Shown piece after piece: positions 10,681 to 20,985 of a stretch of DNA of 64,000 nt. Numbering within the stretch: the stretch's first letter is position 1; every line of letters begins with the position of its first letter. A program made the position numbers and the translations under genes. Under the pieces are notes generated by a model, which was not told the origin of the DNA, did not search any database, and worked only from the letters and a program-made list of their open reading frames with translations. This DNA is from a virus, in IMG/VR virus record IMGVR_UViG_3300035492_000103, positions 10,019 to 74,018 of that record. The stretch is one strand, 5' to 3'.

Positions 10681-10695
10681 TTGAATTCTCTTCCT

Positions 10696-11559
10696 TTAAA
10701 AATTTTTAATAATAAGTTCAGTTGTTTTGTGTAAACTTTTATACCTAGAAGAGTTACTATAAGTTCCGGTTATCTCTATTTGTTCATATTTTCTATTATT
10801 TAACCAATCTAGTAGTATGTTATTTGTTTTTCCTCTATTATGTATAGTATTAGTTAACATAAATTTAATACCTCTTTCATTTAAAGAGTCTATTATTGTT
10901 AATAATTGATATTCTGAAGATTCGTTCCAAATACTGTTATATGTCGCTGTAGTGTTCAAATATGGAGGGTCAAAGAATACAAAATCATCTTCGTCTACAT
11001 CATTAATTATGTTTTTATAGTGGTTTTTGTATAATAAAAATTCACCAAACTTAATATCTTTTAATGACTCTACCCTTGTTATATCTAAAAAATTCCTTTC
11101 TCCATAGGGCATGTTGAACTCCCCATGTTTGTTGAATCTTAGGTCGTTCGAAAAAGATTTACTGATCAAAACATAAAGGATAGCAATTCGTCCAATGCCA
11201 TATTCTTTTACATTAGGATTCCTCATCATTAAGTTAAATCTGGACCTCAATTCCAAGTATTTAAGTTTATCTGGTTTAGAATCATTATTAACAAATTTTT
11301 CTTCTTCTAATAAAACTTTTTTTATAAAATCTGAATTATTGTGTACTATATGATACATTAAAGCAAACACATATTCATTAATTTCATTATAAACTACAGA
11401 TTCGCATTTATTAGTTTTTAAAACATTTAACCCAACAACACCACTTCCACCGAACATATCATAAAATGTTTTATGTTCCGGTATATGTTTTAGAATTTGT
11501 TCAATTCTTTTAAATTTATTTCCTATGTAATGAAAAGGAGGTCTAACTAATTCTGTCAT
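10696..11559 (-). CDS. dam: DNA adenine methyltransferase (Dam family)
   Basis: YIGNK, DMFGGSG, RFNKHGEFNMPYG and DPPY motifs. Confidence 0.9.
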   Translation of the reverse strand: MTELVRPPFHYIGNKFKRIEQILKHIPEHKTFYDMFGGSGVVGLNVLKTNKCESVVYNEINEYVFALMYHIVHNNSDFIKKVLLEEEKFVNNDSKPDKLKYLELRSRFNLMMRNPNVKEYGIGRIAILYVLISKSFSNDLRFNKHGEFNMPYGERNFLDITRVESLKDIKFGEFLLYKNHYKNIINDVDEDDFVFFDPPYLNTTATYNSIWNESSEYQLLTIIDSLNERGIKFMLTNTIHNRGKTNNILLDWLNNRKYEQIEITGTYSNSSRYKSLHKTTELIIKNF

Positions 11560-11765
11560 TGTAGTTCCTCTTTAACAATTTCAACTAATGCATATGCATT
11601 TACAACAGGAATAATTGAACCCAAGAGATAAAACAAAACATCACGTTTTCGGATTTCATGTTCATTTTTCTTGTCTTGATAAGTTCCGTAAATGATATAA
11701 CACCACATAAACAAAACCGGAAATATATAGGCTATAACAAAAATCACATTAATTGTCGTTTGCAT
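11556..11765 (-). CDS. Small membrane protein
   Basis: 69 aa, two hydrophobic segments. Confidence 0.55.
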   Translation of the reverse strand: MQTTINVIFVIAYIFPVLFMWCYIIYGTYQDKKNEHEIRKRDVLFYLLGSIIPVVNAYALVEIVKEELQ

Positions 11766-12007
11766 CTCATCTTCTCCAGTGCTAATTTTGTGAATACTTC
11801 TTTTATATATTCAGAAACAGAGTCTGTTACGTCTTTGTCTTCATCGTCAAAAATTTTGATTTCTATTTCTTCTTGGTCGTCTGGTGACCAATTGTCGATG
11901 TGACCACGGCGGTTATATCTATATGGAGTGTAATTGACAACTTCAACTACGAATTGGATATCATCATAATAAGCGTAAAATTCTTCCATCACATTCACCT
12001 TTTTCAT
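11744..12007 (-). CDS. Hypothetical acidic protein
   Basis: ORF in operon context. Confidence 0.55.
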   Translation of the reverse strand: MKKVNVMEEFYAYYDDIQFVVEVVNYTPYRYNRRGHIDNWSPDDQEEIEIKIFDDEDKDVTDSVSEYIKEVFTKLALEKMRCKRQLM

Positions 12008-12024
12008 ACTATATAGGTAGTATA

Positions 12025-12414
12025 TTAATAATCGTCGTGGATTTTGTCAACAGATTTTATCCTATACTTCATAGCAGCGGCACATGGGAATTGCTCATTA
12101 ACAGTAAATAACTTACCATTTAACTTAAATTCAGATAAAACATAATCCCCGTTGGACCATCCCCTTTCTGTCTTAATTAACCCTTTGTGTTCTAACATAT
12201 CCCTCAATGCAGTGAATCCTGGGTGGTCTACATAAGATATTATACCACCAGAATTACCTTTTTCATCTATCCATTTAAGTCCTGTTGGGATATCTGTAAA
12301 ATATGATTCAGGGACTTCAAATTCTGGAATGTAAAAAGGTAGAGATTCTTGGAACCCTATACCTTGTTGTCTTTGTAACTCTATTAAAATTCCTATATCA
12401 ATTGCGCCAAACAT
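12025..12414 (-). CDS. Hypothetical protein
   Basis: 129 aa, GGAG RBS. Confidence 0.6.
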   Translation of the reverse strand: MFGAIDIGILIELQRQQGIGFQESLPFYIPEFEVPESYFTDIPTGLKWIDEKGNSGGIISYVDHPGFTALRDMLEHKGLIKTERGWSNGDYVLSEFKLNGKLFTVNEQFPCAAAMKYRIKSVDKIHDDY

Positions 12415-12431
12415 ATCTTACTCCTAAAGTG

Positions 12432-12453
12432 AAGGGACCGTTAAGGTCCCTTG
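12432..12453. terminator. Stem-loop terminator after vWA gene
   Basis: aagggacc/ggtccctt stem. Confidence 0.55.
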
Positions 12454-12458
12454 TTATT

Positions 12459-14498
12459 TTAGATTTTAATTTCTTTACGTTGTTTGAACAGTGTTAGGGG
12501 TACTGCTTGTCCGTAAATGTCAATATCTGTCACATATTCATCTTGGTCTGGATCATCTGTGAACCAGATACGGCCCAGGATAATCGTGTACACCATATCA
12601 GACAATTCAGATTCCAACATCCGTTTGACTTTAGTTAAAGCTGTTTTGTTTGTTTCTAAATCTTCCTTGGACATATTGCCGTAATGTTCCAAGAAATCTT
12701 TAATGACAGTATCACCAAGGTTCAGTTTTTTCTTTTCTGCCAGTTTCTTGCGAACAGCTTCAATAGTCGGGAAACTTGATAAACCTTTTAGTTTGTAGTC
12801 AACTTCAACAGAGATGTAAGCATCTGTTGCTTCTACAGTTTTCGTATTAACAGAACCGAATCCATAATCACGAACACCAATTGAAGATAACCAGTTTGCT
12901 GCTTCTTGACCATATTGTTCAATTAGACCAGCAATTTTAACCTCTGAACCACCATGTTCTTTGATTAAAGCATTAATTACTTTTAATCGAGCTTTCTGTA
13001 ATTCAAGATTAACGATTGTTGATTTCAGGTATTCAACATCGAAACCTTCAACTCGTTTCCGATTCACAACAGGAATTTGTGATAACTCAAACACAACATA
13101 AGTTTGTTCCGGTGTCTGTTCAATAACTGTATTGGCAAACTTGTCTGACAGATTGTCAAATACATCTGTTGGGACAACAACGGGAAGTTGTTTCACATTC
13201 TTAATACCATCACGAATGATTGTATAGTTACGGAAGATATGAGATGGAACAGATGTTAGTCCAAAATCATTCTCCGGTAGCTCTACTGTACCATTCTGTG
13301 TAATACCAATACTGATATTAGGCCGAGAAGAGTTAAACACTAAACCACGCATAGAAGCTCTACTCATTGGAGATTTAATGAACCGTGGTAATGGATCTTG
13401 AGCTTCACTGGCTTTTGTTGTTCGGTTATATTTCCAGAAAGGACTATCCAAAACAAGCTGAGCACTAGATTCTGATAGAATGTTCAACAAATCAGGAATA
13501 GTTGGAACGTCTTTCTTAGGAACTGCATTTTCAGACTTACCATCTGCATAGCGGCGACTTGGATTCAGAACACATGCTTCCACAACAGATAAAAATTCTG
13601 ATAATTCCTGTTTGGTGAAAGCATTTTGGTATGTTTCTACCAGAGCCACATCACCTAGGACTTGTAAACAATCCCATACCAACTTGACATTATTTGTTTT
13701 TGCTGCATAGAACAGAATCAGATACAAGTGTTCTTCACTTAAATGTTTACTCAGTACATCACTCGGCACGATTGAGTGAACCTGGTCTACATCTTCTGGA
13801 ACTTTAGCAACACCATTGTCAACATTAACAATACGGATATTTCCGTTGTAAACAAAGACAACGTGTTTTGCTTTCTTGTTAACCGACACTTCAATATTTG
13901 TTGACCGTGCTGTACCAGAGATTGCAGATTCCATAACATCTTCATAGTTTGTATAACCTTCTGCAAATAAATGCATACCGTTAACAGATTCTGCCATTTT
14001 AGCCAACATATCACGATCTGCATAATAACCATATTCGATAAATGTGACACTGTCAAATACGGTTTTAAGTTCTGCAGTTCGATCAAGGATTTTTTGTTTC
14101 TGATTTTGGTTATCATAACCATCAGTCAGCATCACAAAATTTCCTAAATTACCAGGTTTTAGACTTAATGTCATAGCTAGGTCAATAGGATCAACAAATG
14201 ATGTTAGACAAACTGGAACCAGGAAGCGGTCAATAGCTTTATGCATCATAGCTAATGAACTTGCATCAGACACTGGCATGTTTTCAAATACAACACCACA
14301 TTGATTTCTACCACTAAACCAAATAACACTGAATGTATCTGCTGGTTGAGTTACAACAGAAACAATATTTTTCAAATGTTGACGAATTTTTGGTAAGTCA
14401 TAGCTCATGGAACCAGAACAGTCCACAACATAAACATGATTTACCGACTGTTTTGAAGTTACAGTCTTTGTACCACCTACATTAATTACTTCGAACAT
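12459..14498 (-). CDS. von Willebrand factor A (vWA) domain protein
   Basis: MIDAS motif VVDCSGSM, T, and LTDG. Confidence 0.85.
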   Translation of the reverse strand: MFEVINVGGTKTVTSKQSVNHVYVVDCSGSMSYDLPKIRQHLKNIVSVVTQPADTFSVIWFSGRNQCGVVFENMPVSDASSLAMMHKAIDRFLVPVCLTSFVDPIDLAMTLSLKPGNLGNFVMLTDGYDNQNQKQKILDRTAELKTVFDSVTFIEYGYYADRDMLAKMAESVNGMHLFAEGYTNYEDVMESAISGTARSTNIEVSVNKKAKHVVFVYNGNIRIVNVDNGVAKVPEDVDQVHSIVPSDVLSKHLSEEHLYLILFYAAKTNNVKLVWDCLQVLGDVALVETYQNAFTKQELSEFLSVVEACVLNPSRRYADGKSENAVPKKDVPTIPDLLNILSESSAQLVLDSPFWKYNRTTKASEAQDPLPRFIKSPMSRASMRGLVFNSSRPNISIGITQNGTVELPENDFGLTSVPSHIFRNYTIIRDGIKNVKQLPVVVPTDVFDNLSDKFANTVIEQTPEQTYVVFELSQIPVVNRKRVEGFDVEYLKSTIVNLELQKARLKVINALIKEHGGSEVKIAGLIEQYGQEAANWLSSIGVRDYGFGSVNTKTVEATDAYISVEVDYKLKGLSSFPTIEAVRKKLAEKKKLNLGDTVIKDFLEHYGNMSKEDLETNKTALTKVKRMLESELSDMVYTIILGRIWFTDDPDQDEYVTDIDIYGQAVPLTLFKQRKEIKI

Positions 14499-14512
14499 AC
14501 AGTTCTCCTCGG

Positions 14513-14818
14513 TTAAACACTTAGCAGATAGCCAGTGTGATTTTCAAAAACTTGCTTTAACCCTGATACTTGAATACCATCTAACTTGTTGATAGTCTCA
14601 AATACGAATTTTGTTGGTTGGAATTTGTAGAATGAAACCGAATAAGTATCATCATTAGTCAATTCAATTTTAACCATATTGATTTTATTTTTCAGAGCTT
14701 TTGGAAGTCTGAAAGACAGATTATTTCCTTGTGAAGTCAGGTTTTTTGCACCTGTCATCATTAAGAATTTTGAGCCACCAAGTTGATTATAAATTGTCTC
14801 TGATACTAATTTGTTCAT
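14513..14818 (-). CDS. Conserved phage hypothetical protein
   Basis: MNKLVSETIYNQLGGSKFLMMTGAK; start at 14818 follows the shared early leader. Confidence 0.65.
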   Translation of the reverse strand: MNKLVSETIYNQLGGSKFLMMTGAKNLTSQGNNLSFRLPKALKNKINMVKIELTNDDTYSVSFYKFQPTKFVFETINKLDGIQVSGLKQVFENHTGYLLSV

Positions 14819-14886
14819 GATATAAATTCCTTCACGTTGTCTAACTGGAACCAATTATAACAATCGGTTCCAGTCTTGTCTACAAA
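14819..14886 (-). promoter_or_regulatory. Early promoter cassette TAGACA-N17-TATAAT with hairpin and shared leader
   Basis: -35 at 14877-82, -10 at 14854-59 inside 9-bp IR; leader AACGTGAAGGAATTTATATC-ATG. Confidence 0.8.
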
Positions 14887-14887
14887 T

Positions 14888-15403
14888 TTATTCAGATTTT
14901 AATTTAATTAGTGGACAAATTTTCTGCTTCTTTGCTTTGAGAAATTCTAACACAAGATTTGGTTCAGATTTTACTTGTTTTGGTTGACTTGATGCTTTGT
15001 CTGTTATCCAGTTCCATAGTTTAGGTATAGGCAACCATTTAGGAAAGACCTTCATATGTCCATCCTTTGCTAACAAAATACCAATAAGTGTAACAATCAC
15101 CAAATCGAGATAGAGTATAATCAAACCTAATTGTAATTCATCTACACCAGACACGATCCATCCACTGTGTAGTTGGATCAAAGTAGATAAAGGATTACCA
15201 ACAAGAAGCCAGAATACAACTAGACACACAATTGATATACCAACCCATTTAACGCAACTACCGATTAAACAGATTAAACTCCACACTGTAGCCCAGAAAT
15301 ATTCACATAATGTTACATTACAGCCTTGTTTTAAATATCCAATAACATTACGGTCATATAGATTATTTAATTTAAAGTGCCAACTATTTTCACTAATTTG
15401 CAT
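14888..15403 (-). CDS. Membrane protein, hypothetical
   Basis: 2-3 TM segments, TLCEYFW motif. Confidence 0.6.
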   Translation of the reverse strand: MQISENSWHFKLNNLYDRNVIGYLKQGCNVTLCEYFWATVWSLICLIGSCVKWVGISIVCLVVFWLLVGNPLSTLIQLHSGWIVSGVDELQLGLIILYLDLVIVTLIGILLAKDGHMKVFPKWLPIPKLWNWITDKASSQPKQVKSEPNLVLEFLKAKKQKICPLIKLKSE

Positions 15404-15415
15404 ATCAATTTCCTC

Positions 15416-15775
15416 TTATTTGTATAAAGCAATTGGTTGGATACCTTTTTCTAACAGAAGCTGTTCAAAGTCAGAAACATATCTGTCATCAAAAGATGAA
15501 TATTTTGATTTTCGGATTGTCATTTTATCTGTGGTAGAAACTGTTTCGTAAGCATCATCTGGCTTAATATCCAAATTCCAACCAGCTACAATACATAGGA
15601 ACGGTTTGTAAGTCTGTTGGATTCCAAACAGATTTCTACCACCTTTCTTTTTAAATTTAACGAATGGTGCATGTGTATATTGAGCATATTGACGAGTACC
15701 ATGTTCTACCACAGTAACCTCGATTGATTTGATATCACCTAAAAATTCTGACTTGTAAAATACTGTTGCTTTCAT
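15416..15775 (-). CDS. Hypothetical protein
   Basis: Start MKATVFY after shared leader. Confidence 0.6.
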   Translation of the reverse strand: MKATVFYKSEFLGDIKSIEVTVVEHGTRQYAQYTHAPFVKFKKKGGRNLFGIQQTYKPFLCIVAGWNLDIKPDDAYETVSTTDKMTIRKSKYSSFDDRYVSDFEQLLLEKGIQPIALYK

Positions 15776-15825
15776 GATATAAGATTCCTTCACGTTGTTG
15801 ATATGTACAGAATAACATATCAAAT

Positions 15826-16371
15826 TTATAAGTCAACAAAAACTTCCAATTTTTCTTTCCAGTCTGGATAGAGCATATTGAAACAAGGGATATTCATCTT
15901 CCTAGCTAAATTCACAGCTGTTGCTGTACCACCTTGAACTTTACCTTTGACTTCTTCTGCATAAAAGAGAACAAAGGATGATGGAGTGTTGAAATCATCG
16001 CCAAGCACTTGACAGACATTTCTACCGTGCAGAGCTTTTGCACCTGGTTTTAATCTATACCATGCTGGGTGAATTGTAGCTGCAATTCCACATGCAGCAC
16101 TCATATTTGATGGAACAATATTCAATTCCTTATTCAGAAATGACTCAGATGAAAATCCCCGCCATGGTACATATATCTCACTTAACTTGAATGGATCCTT
16201 ATTCCAGGTCTTACAACATTCTTGCATCCCATATTGAAATGCAGCATCTGCACCACTTGCTCCACCAGACCTTAGAATATGACCATTCAGAGTCATGTTA
16301 AAAGCAAATAGTGACATCTGTTCCAGAATATGTTCGGGAGTATTTCTACTCCCTATGCCAGTGTAAATCAT
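15826..16371 (-). CDS. DprA/SLOG-family nucleotide-binding protein
   Basis: YTGIGSRNTP, LRSGGASGADAAF, GGTATAV motifs. Confidence 0.75.
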   Translation of the reverse strand: MIYTGIGSRNTPEHILEQMSLFAFNMTLNGHILRSGGASGADAAFQYGMQECCKTWNKDPFKLSEIYVPWRGFSSESFLNKELNIVPSNMSAACGIAATIHPAWYRLKPGAKALHGRNVCQVLGDDFNTPSSFVLFYAEEVKGKVQGGTATAVNLARKMNIPCFNMLYPDWKEKLEVFVDL

Positions 16372-16766
16372 TTACGAGTGTTCCGCATTGTTAATTCTTT
16401 GTCAATTTGTTGAATTAAATAATTCACCAAATCCATTCTAAATACCAGTCCTTTGTCTGTCCATTCATCACCTGTCGTATATGGAACAGGATATGTATAT
16501 GAGCCAGTGTGATGTTTCCAACCTTTTGAATAAACATTAACAAAATCATAACAGGATAATCTTTTATTTACACCAGTTTTCTTTACATTAATAGAGTCAA
16601 ACCATGGTTTTTTAACAAGTTCACTCAGATTAAAACATAAACCACAATAATCGCTATGGAGTTCTTTTACACCATTTTTCTGAATTCGTAATAGAACGTC
16701 TTTAATCATGCGCAGTTGTAAAGCAGGGAAATTTGATTTTTTAGGTTTAACTTCTGATTTTTTCAT
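16368..16766 (-). CDS. Hypothetical protein
   Basis: 132 aa after shared leader. Confidence 0.6.
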   Translation of the reverse strand: MKKSEVKPKKSNFPALQLRMIKDVLLRIQKNGVKELHSDYCGLCFNLSELVKKPWFDSINVKKTGVNKRLSCYDFVNVYSKGWKHHTGSYTYPVPYTTGDEWTDKGLVFRMDLVNYLIQQIDKELTMRNTRK

Positions 16767-16799
16767 AATATATCACCTCACGTTGTTGATAGGAACAGA

Positions 16800-17315
16800 T
16801 TAACAGAACACTCTATATTCTGTCAACCAACTTGGAACATTTTTCTGAAATTCAACTTTCATAGGCTTTAATCTTGTTTTCCATTCAAGGAATTTCCAAG
16901 ATAAGTATTTCTGATATGCTACTACAGAACCATCTGTAACTTCAATAGCTTTAAACTGGTCCGGTGCGGCCACTGGTGGTTGCTTGAATATAGCAACAGG
17001 AATATTTTTTGGTGGTTCTTTGAGTTCCATTAATACAGATGAAGTTTTGTGACATTTACCAGTGTTTTCATGATATAACCGACAAAGTTCAGTAGCACAC
17101 ATCCATACCCATTGATAATGATATGTTGATTCACGAACCCAAATCGCACTTGGATGATTTTTGTGTGTCGGTTTGTAACCAACAATATTGCCATCCAACT
17201 CAAAATGTGCAGTAGATAATAACTGAGCATATTCTACAATCATTTTGCGCTGGTGAACCAAACAATGTTCACCAGCTGCAACAATAGGATTTATATTTGT
17301 GAAAAATACATTCAT
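16800..17315 (-). CDS. Pyrimidine-dimer DNA glycosylase-like protein (DenV/PDG family)
   Basis: MNVFF...H..KMIVEYAQLLSTAH, YKPTHKNHPSAIWVR. Confidence 0.7.
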   Translation of the reverse strand: MNVFFTNINPIVAAGEHCLVHQRKMIVEYAQLLSTAHFELDGNIVGYKPTHKNHPSAIWVRESTYHYQWVWMCATELCRLYHENTGKCHKTSSVLMELKEPPKNIPVAIFKQPPVAAPDQFKAIEVTDGSVVAYQKYLSWKFLEWKTRLKPMKVEFQKNVPSWLTEYRVFC

Positions 17316-17836
17316 TATATACCTACCTTGATACCTAGATTTGTTAGACTACCACCACATCTGCACTTGCACTGTGAAAGGAATGCAATTTGCTTAGGAG
17401 TTGCTTTATGTTTTGCTCCACATGAATTACATTGTACCAGTGTCCGTGTTTTGCGTACAGGTTTAACATAACCGATTGCTTCAATTTTATCTTTTGAAGC
17501 ATACTGTTCAGCTTTCTGACCCATTAACCGCATATATTTTGACCATGTTGAACCGTGGTCAAGTTTACCATCTAGTTGATATTGAGCGATGTGAGCAATT
17601 TCGTGTAAAACTGTTTCACGAAGTTCTGGAGAATCTGTAATGAATGCTTTTGCGTTAATTTCTACGGTATATGTTTTAATGCCGGTACGTGCATCTGTCT
17701 TAATAACTGCACGACCTAATGACCGAGTTAACCGACGATTCATTTTAATTTGTGGTCTGGTTAGATTGTAGCCTTTAGAGGCTAAGATTTGAAGACCTTC
17801 GGCTAAATATGTGTAAACTGCGGATGTTACGTTCAT
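17315..17836 (-). CDS. SprT-like zinc metalloprotease
   Basis: HEIAH, HGSTWSKYM, C-terminal CxxC...CxCxCGG. Confidence 0.85.
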   Translation of the reverse strand: MNVTSAVYTYLAEGLQILASKGYNLTRPQIKMNRRLTRSLGRAVIKTDARTGIKTYTVEINAKAFITDSPELRETVLHEIAHIAQYQLDGKLDHGSTWSKYMRLMGQKAEQYASKDKIEAIGYVKPVRKTRTLVQCNSCGAKHKATPKQIAFLSQCKCRCGGSLTNLGIKVGI

Positions 17837-17905
17837 AATATAAAATTCCTTCACGTTGTCTAACTGTAACCAATTATAACACTAGGAAATCACATGTCTA
17901 CAACT
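17837..17905 (-). promoter_or_regulatory. Early promoter cassette TAGACA-N16-TATAAT with shared leader
   Basis: -35 at 17895-17900, -10 at 17873-78; leader near-identical to 14819-14850. Confidence 0.75.
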
Positions 17906-18051
17906 TTGTTCATATTTTTTCTGGTATATGAACCTTTACCTTTTTTAGATTTGAATTGCTTGGCTTTGAACATGGGAGAGGTTACCAAAGCAGCAATCGC
18001 ATTATCTGTTATCTTACCTCTACCATGTTCATGTTTCATCTGAATAACCTC

Positions 18052-18498
18052 TTAAACCAATTCAACAGTATTCCGTTCCACGTCGGGAAAATATCCTGGA
18101 AATGCACGTTTAAAAACGGCTTTCGATACCCCCTCTACTTTACCACCTTTAAATACTTGAACCAATAATTCTGCTTCATCTGCAGAGATACTTTCAAGCA
18201 CCAACTTTAGATTCCGTTCATAAATCTTGGGGTTATTTCTGTGTTGTAATGCTGATTGGATTTGAGTTAAAGCTGTACCAATAGTCATATAATTCAATCC
18301 TACTGGTTTCCGACTAGGTGTAAACTCTGGTACAGTCAGACCTTCCTTGTTGGTATTATACATAAAATCTACAAACCAAAGAACATCTCGGCGACCAAAC
18401 TGTTTTAGAAATTTAGCTTTATCATCTAATGTACCTTCCATCTTTGAGATTACGTTGAACAATTCCGGAAGTGTTAAATTTTTATTTACATATTTCAT
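18052..18498 (-). CDS. Conserved T4-like hypothetical protein
   Basis: 148 aa, coupled to dCMP deaminase. Confidence 0.6.
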   Translation of the reverse strand: MKYVNKNLTLPELFNVISKMEGTLDDKAKFLKQFGRRDVLWFVDFMYNTNKEGLTVPEFTPSRKPVGLNYMTIGTALTQIQSALQHRNNPKIYERNLKLVLESISADEAELLVQVFKGGKVEGVSKAVFKRAFPGYFPDVERNTVELV

Positions 18499-18965
18499 TG
18501 TAATTCCTCTATGGACACCAATTCTGTCCCAAACAGATTACAGAAGAATTTCTGCTCTGTCAACAATTCATTTGTGGTGTGTCTATGTACTTCATTATAT
18601 ATAATCCGATTAATTTGGTGATATTCAGACCTTAAAGCCATTATATGCTTTAGACAGTTTGAACATGGACTATGAGTAACATAAACATCTAATTTTGAAA
18701 ATTGGACCTGATTTCTAGCTAGTTCAATTATAGAATTTAGTTCTGCATGGATTTCATAACGTTGACTCCATTCTGTATGTTCTGCAGATCTTTCTGAAAA
18801 TTTATCACAACAATTTTCATGACCAGGAATAGAACCATTAACACCGGTGGACACTATTCTATTTCTTTCGTTAACTAATAAGCAACCAACTTTTAACGAA
18901 ATACATTTTGAAGATTCGGCTAAATTAAGAGCCATGTTCATAAAAATTTGTTCTTTATGCATCAT
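18495..18965 (-). CDS. cd: dCMP deaminase
   Basis: SKC..LKVGC, STGVNG, HAELN, SPCSNC. Confidence 0.9.
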   Translation of the reverse strand: MMHKEQIFMNMALNLAESSKCISLKVGCLLVNERNRIVSTGVNGSIPGHENCCDKFSERSAEHTEWSQRYEIHAELNSIIELARNQVQFSKLDVYVTHSPCSNCLKHIMALRSEYHQINRIIYNEVHRHTTNELLTEQKFFCNLFGTELVSIEELQ

Positions 18966-19072
18966 TTAGTGTCCTAAATATATTAAAAATCCATAGTACA
19001 TAATCTCACTTTCAATTTCACTGGGGTAAACGGCTTTGGCGCCAGTATACCATGGTTGGAAAACTTGTCAAC
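18955..19072 (-). repeat. Promoter-leader cassette, copy 1 of dispersed ~118-bp repeat
   Basis: TTGACA-N16-TATACT plus leader; nearly identical to 62991-63107. Confidence 0.9.
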
Positions 19073-19120
19073 CAATTTTTTCACTAAATAGAAAATAAAT
19101 TTAAATCGGTTAAAAATTGA

Positions 19121-19585
19121 ATGGCTAGAGCATTTAAACAAGGAAAATACAAACCACAGAATCCAAAGAAATATATTGGTGATCCCACTGATATAGTTTA
19201 TAGAAGTTCGTGGGAGATGAGACTGATGAAAAAATTTGACGAATCTGAAAATGTCCTTGCTTGGTCTAGTGAATCTGTCATTATACCATATTTTTCTCCT
19301 GTTGATAATAAGATGCACAGGTATTTTATGGATTTTCTTGTTGTTGCAAAGGGTCCTAATGATACAAAGGTCGTTTCATTAATAGAAGTAAAACCTTATG
19401 CTCAGACTTTACCACCTAAAGTATCAAAAGGTAGAAAAAAACAAACCATAATCAATGAAACTATGACATACCTAGTTAACCAAGCGAAATGGAAAGCTGC
19501 AGAAGAATATTGCAGAAAAAAAGGTTGGCATTTTAAAGTTGTAACAGAAAAAGAATTACCACAGTTTGTAGGAGCTTCTAAGTGA
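19121..19585 (+). CDS. 4: Head completion nuclease (T4 gp4)
   Basis: FKQGKYKPQNPKKYIGD, YRSSWE, HRYFMDF, EVKP, NQAKW. Confidence 0.92.
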   Translation: MARAFKQGKYKPQNPKKYIGDPTDIVYRSSWEMRLMKKFDESENVLAWSSESVIIPYFSPVDNKMHRYFMDFLVVAKGPNDTKVVSLIEVKPYAQTLPPKVSKGRKKQTIINETMTYLVNQAKWKAAEEYCRKKGWHFKVVTEKELPQFVGASK

Positions 19586-20496
19586 AATCAAGAGCACAGA
19601 CATTAGCTGAGAAGCTAGATTCAAATAAAAGAGGTTACAAATTTCTGAAATATCCTATGGACATTGAAACAGAGGGTACTCAGAACATTATGTTGATTAA
19701 TATCAATGCAATGTCCGGTTCAAAATTTAGCGGACAAAAATATCGCCAAATTGAAGGTGATACAGCAGTTATGCAACAACAGGGGTCCAATTCTCTTGCT
19801 AGATCATTTACTGGCAATACTGTTAGAATTGATACTGCAATAGCTTTACATATGCCAGCATCAGTAGAGGCTTCATATCAATCAAACTGGTCGGCTACAA
19901 ATCTAGGTACAGTCGGTGCTGTTATGGATGCTTGGCAAGGTTCCGGTGATATAGGTGATTTTCAAGCCTGGAAAAATAACTGGATGACAATAAAAGAAAC
20001 TTTACCCGAAATCCTAAAGATGACTGGTGTAAAAGTTGCAGATACATTATTACCAGGTGAAATCAAAGGTGCTTATACTTGGGCTAACCGAATGGTAGAA
20101 AACCCTTATGTAGAAGTGTTATTTGAAGGTGTATCAAATAGGACATTCAACTTTACATTTAAGATGATTGCTAAATCAAAACAAGAACAAGAGATGATTA
20201 AGCAGATTATCAACACATTAAAGTTTCATCGTGCACCAGAGAAAAAACTGGGTAGAGCTAATCTATATTGGTCATATCCATCAACGTTCGATATTTCTTT
20301 CCTAAAGAAAAATGGACAGAAAAATGATTGGTTGTTCAATATTTCAACTTGCGCACTTACAGAATTGAATATTAGCCAAGGTGGTGATGGACATTTTGCA
20401 TCACATGAAGATGGTAGTCCTTTTATGACTACCATCACACTGGCATTTACAGAACTTGAAGTGTTGACAAAAGAACGTATTCAACAGGGATTTTAA
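19582..20496 (+). CDS. 48: Baseplate tail-tube cap (gp48-like)
   Basis: NPYVEVLFEGVSNRTFNFTF, YPSTFDI, LAFTELEVLTK. Confidence 0.85.
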   Translation: MKSRAQTLAEKLDSNKRGYKFLKYPMDIETEGTQNIMLININAMSGSKFSGQKYRQIEGDTAVMQQQGSNSLARSFTGNTVRIDTAIALHMPASVEASYQSNWSATNLGTVGAVMDAWQGSGDIGDFQAWKNNWMTIKETLPEILKMTGVKVADTLLPGEIKGAYTWANRMVENPYVEVLFEGVSNRTFNFTFKMIAKSKQEQEMIKQIINTLKFHRAPEKKLGRANLYWSYPSTFDISFLKKNGQKNDWLFNISTCALTELNISQGGDGHFASHEDGSPFMTTITLAFTELEVLTKERIQQGF

Positions 20497-20498
20497 TT

Positions 20499-20984
20499 AT
20501 GGCATATTTTAGTAATTTTCCTTTAGTGAATTATAACAACGACCTTCAAGTGAATTTGACTAGGAGAGTGGATGTAATGGGGTTTTATAAGGGTGATGTC
20601 AGATATTATTTGGATTATTCTGTCAGAGACGGTGAAACACCAGAAATGATTGCAGATAGGTTCTATGATGATGCAGAATTACATTGGTTGATTTTGCAAA
20701 TGAATAATATAGTAAACCCTTTCATTGATTGGCCTATGTCTCAGAACGCATTGGAAAGTTATATCATGGAGAAATATGAAAATCCTAATGGGATACATCA
20801 TTACATTTCTATTTCAAGTGGTTCTATTGTTGATCCGAATTTAAACCCTACATACGATACTTTACCAATAACAAATTATGAATATGAAACTCAGGAGAAT
20901 GACTCTAAGAGAAATATCAAATTGTTATTACCTGAATATGTTGGTCTCGTTGTTTCAAGACATAAAGAACTGATGAGGGTTTAA
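20499..20984 (+). CDS. 53: Baseplate wedge gp53 (LysM-like)
   Basis: YFSNFP, DGETPEMIA..FY, WLILQMNNI.NPF.DWP. Confidence 0.9.
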   Translation: MAYFSNFPLVNYNNDLQVNLTRRVDVMGFYKGDVRYYLDYSVRDGETPEMIADRFYDDAELHWLILQMNNIVNPFIDWPMSQNALESYIMEKYENPNGIHHYISISSGSIVDPNLNPTYDTLPITNYEYETQENDSKRNIKLLLPEYVGLVVSRHKELMRV

Positions 20985-20985
20985 T

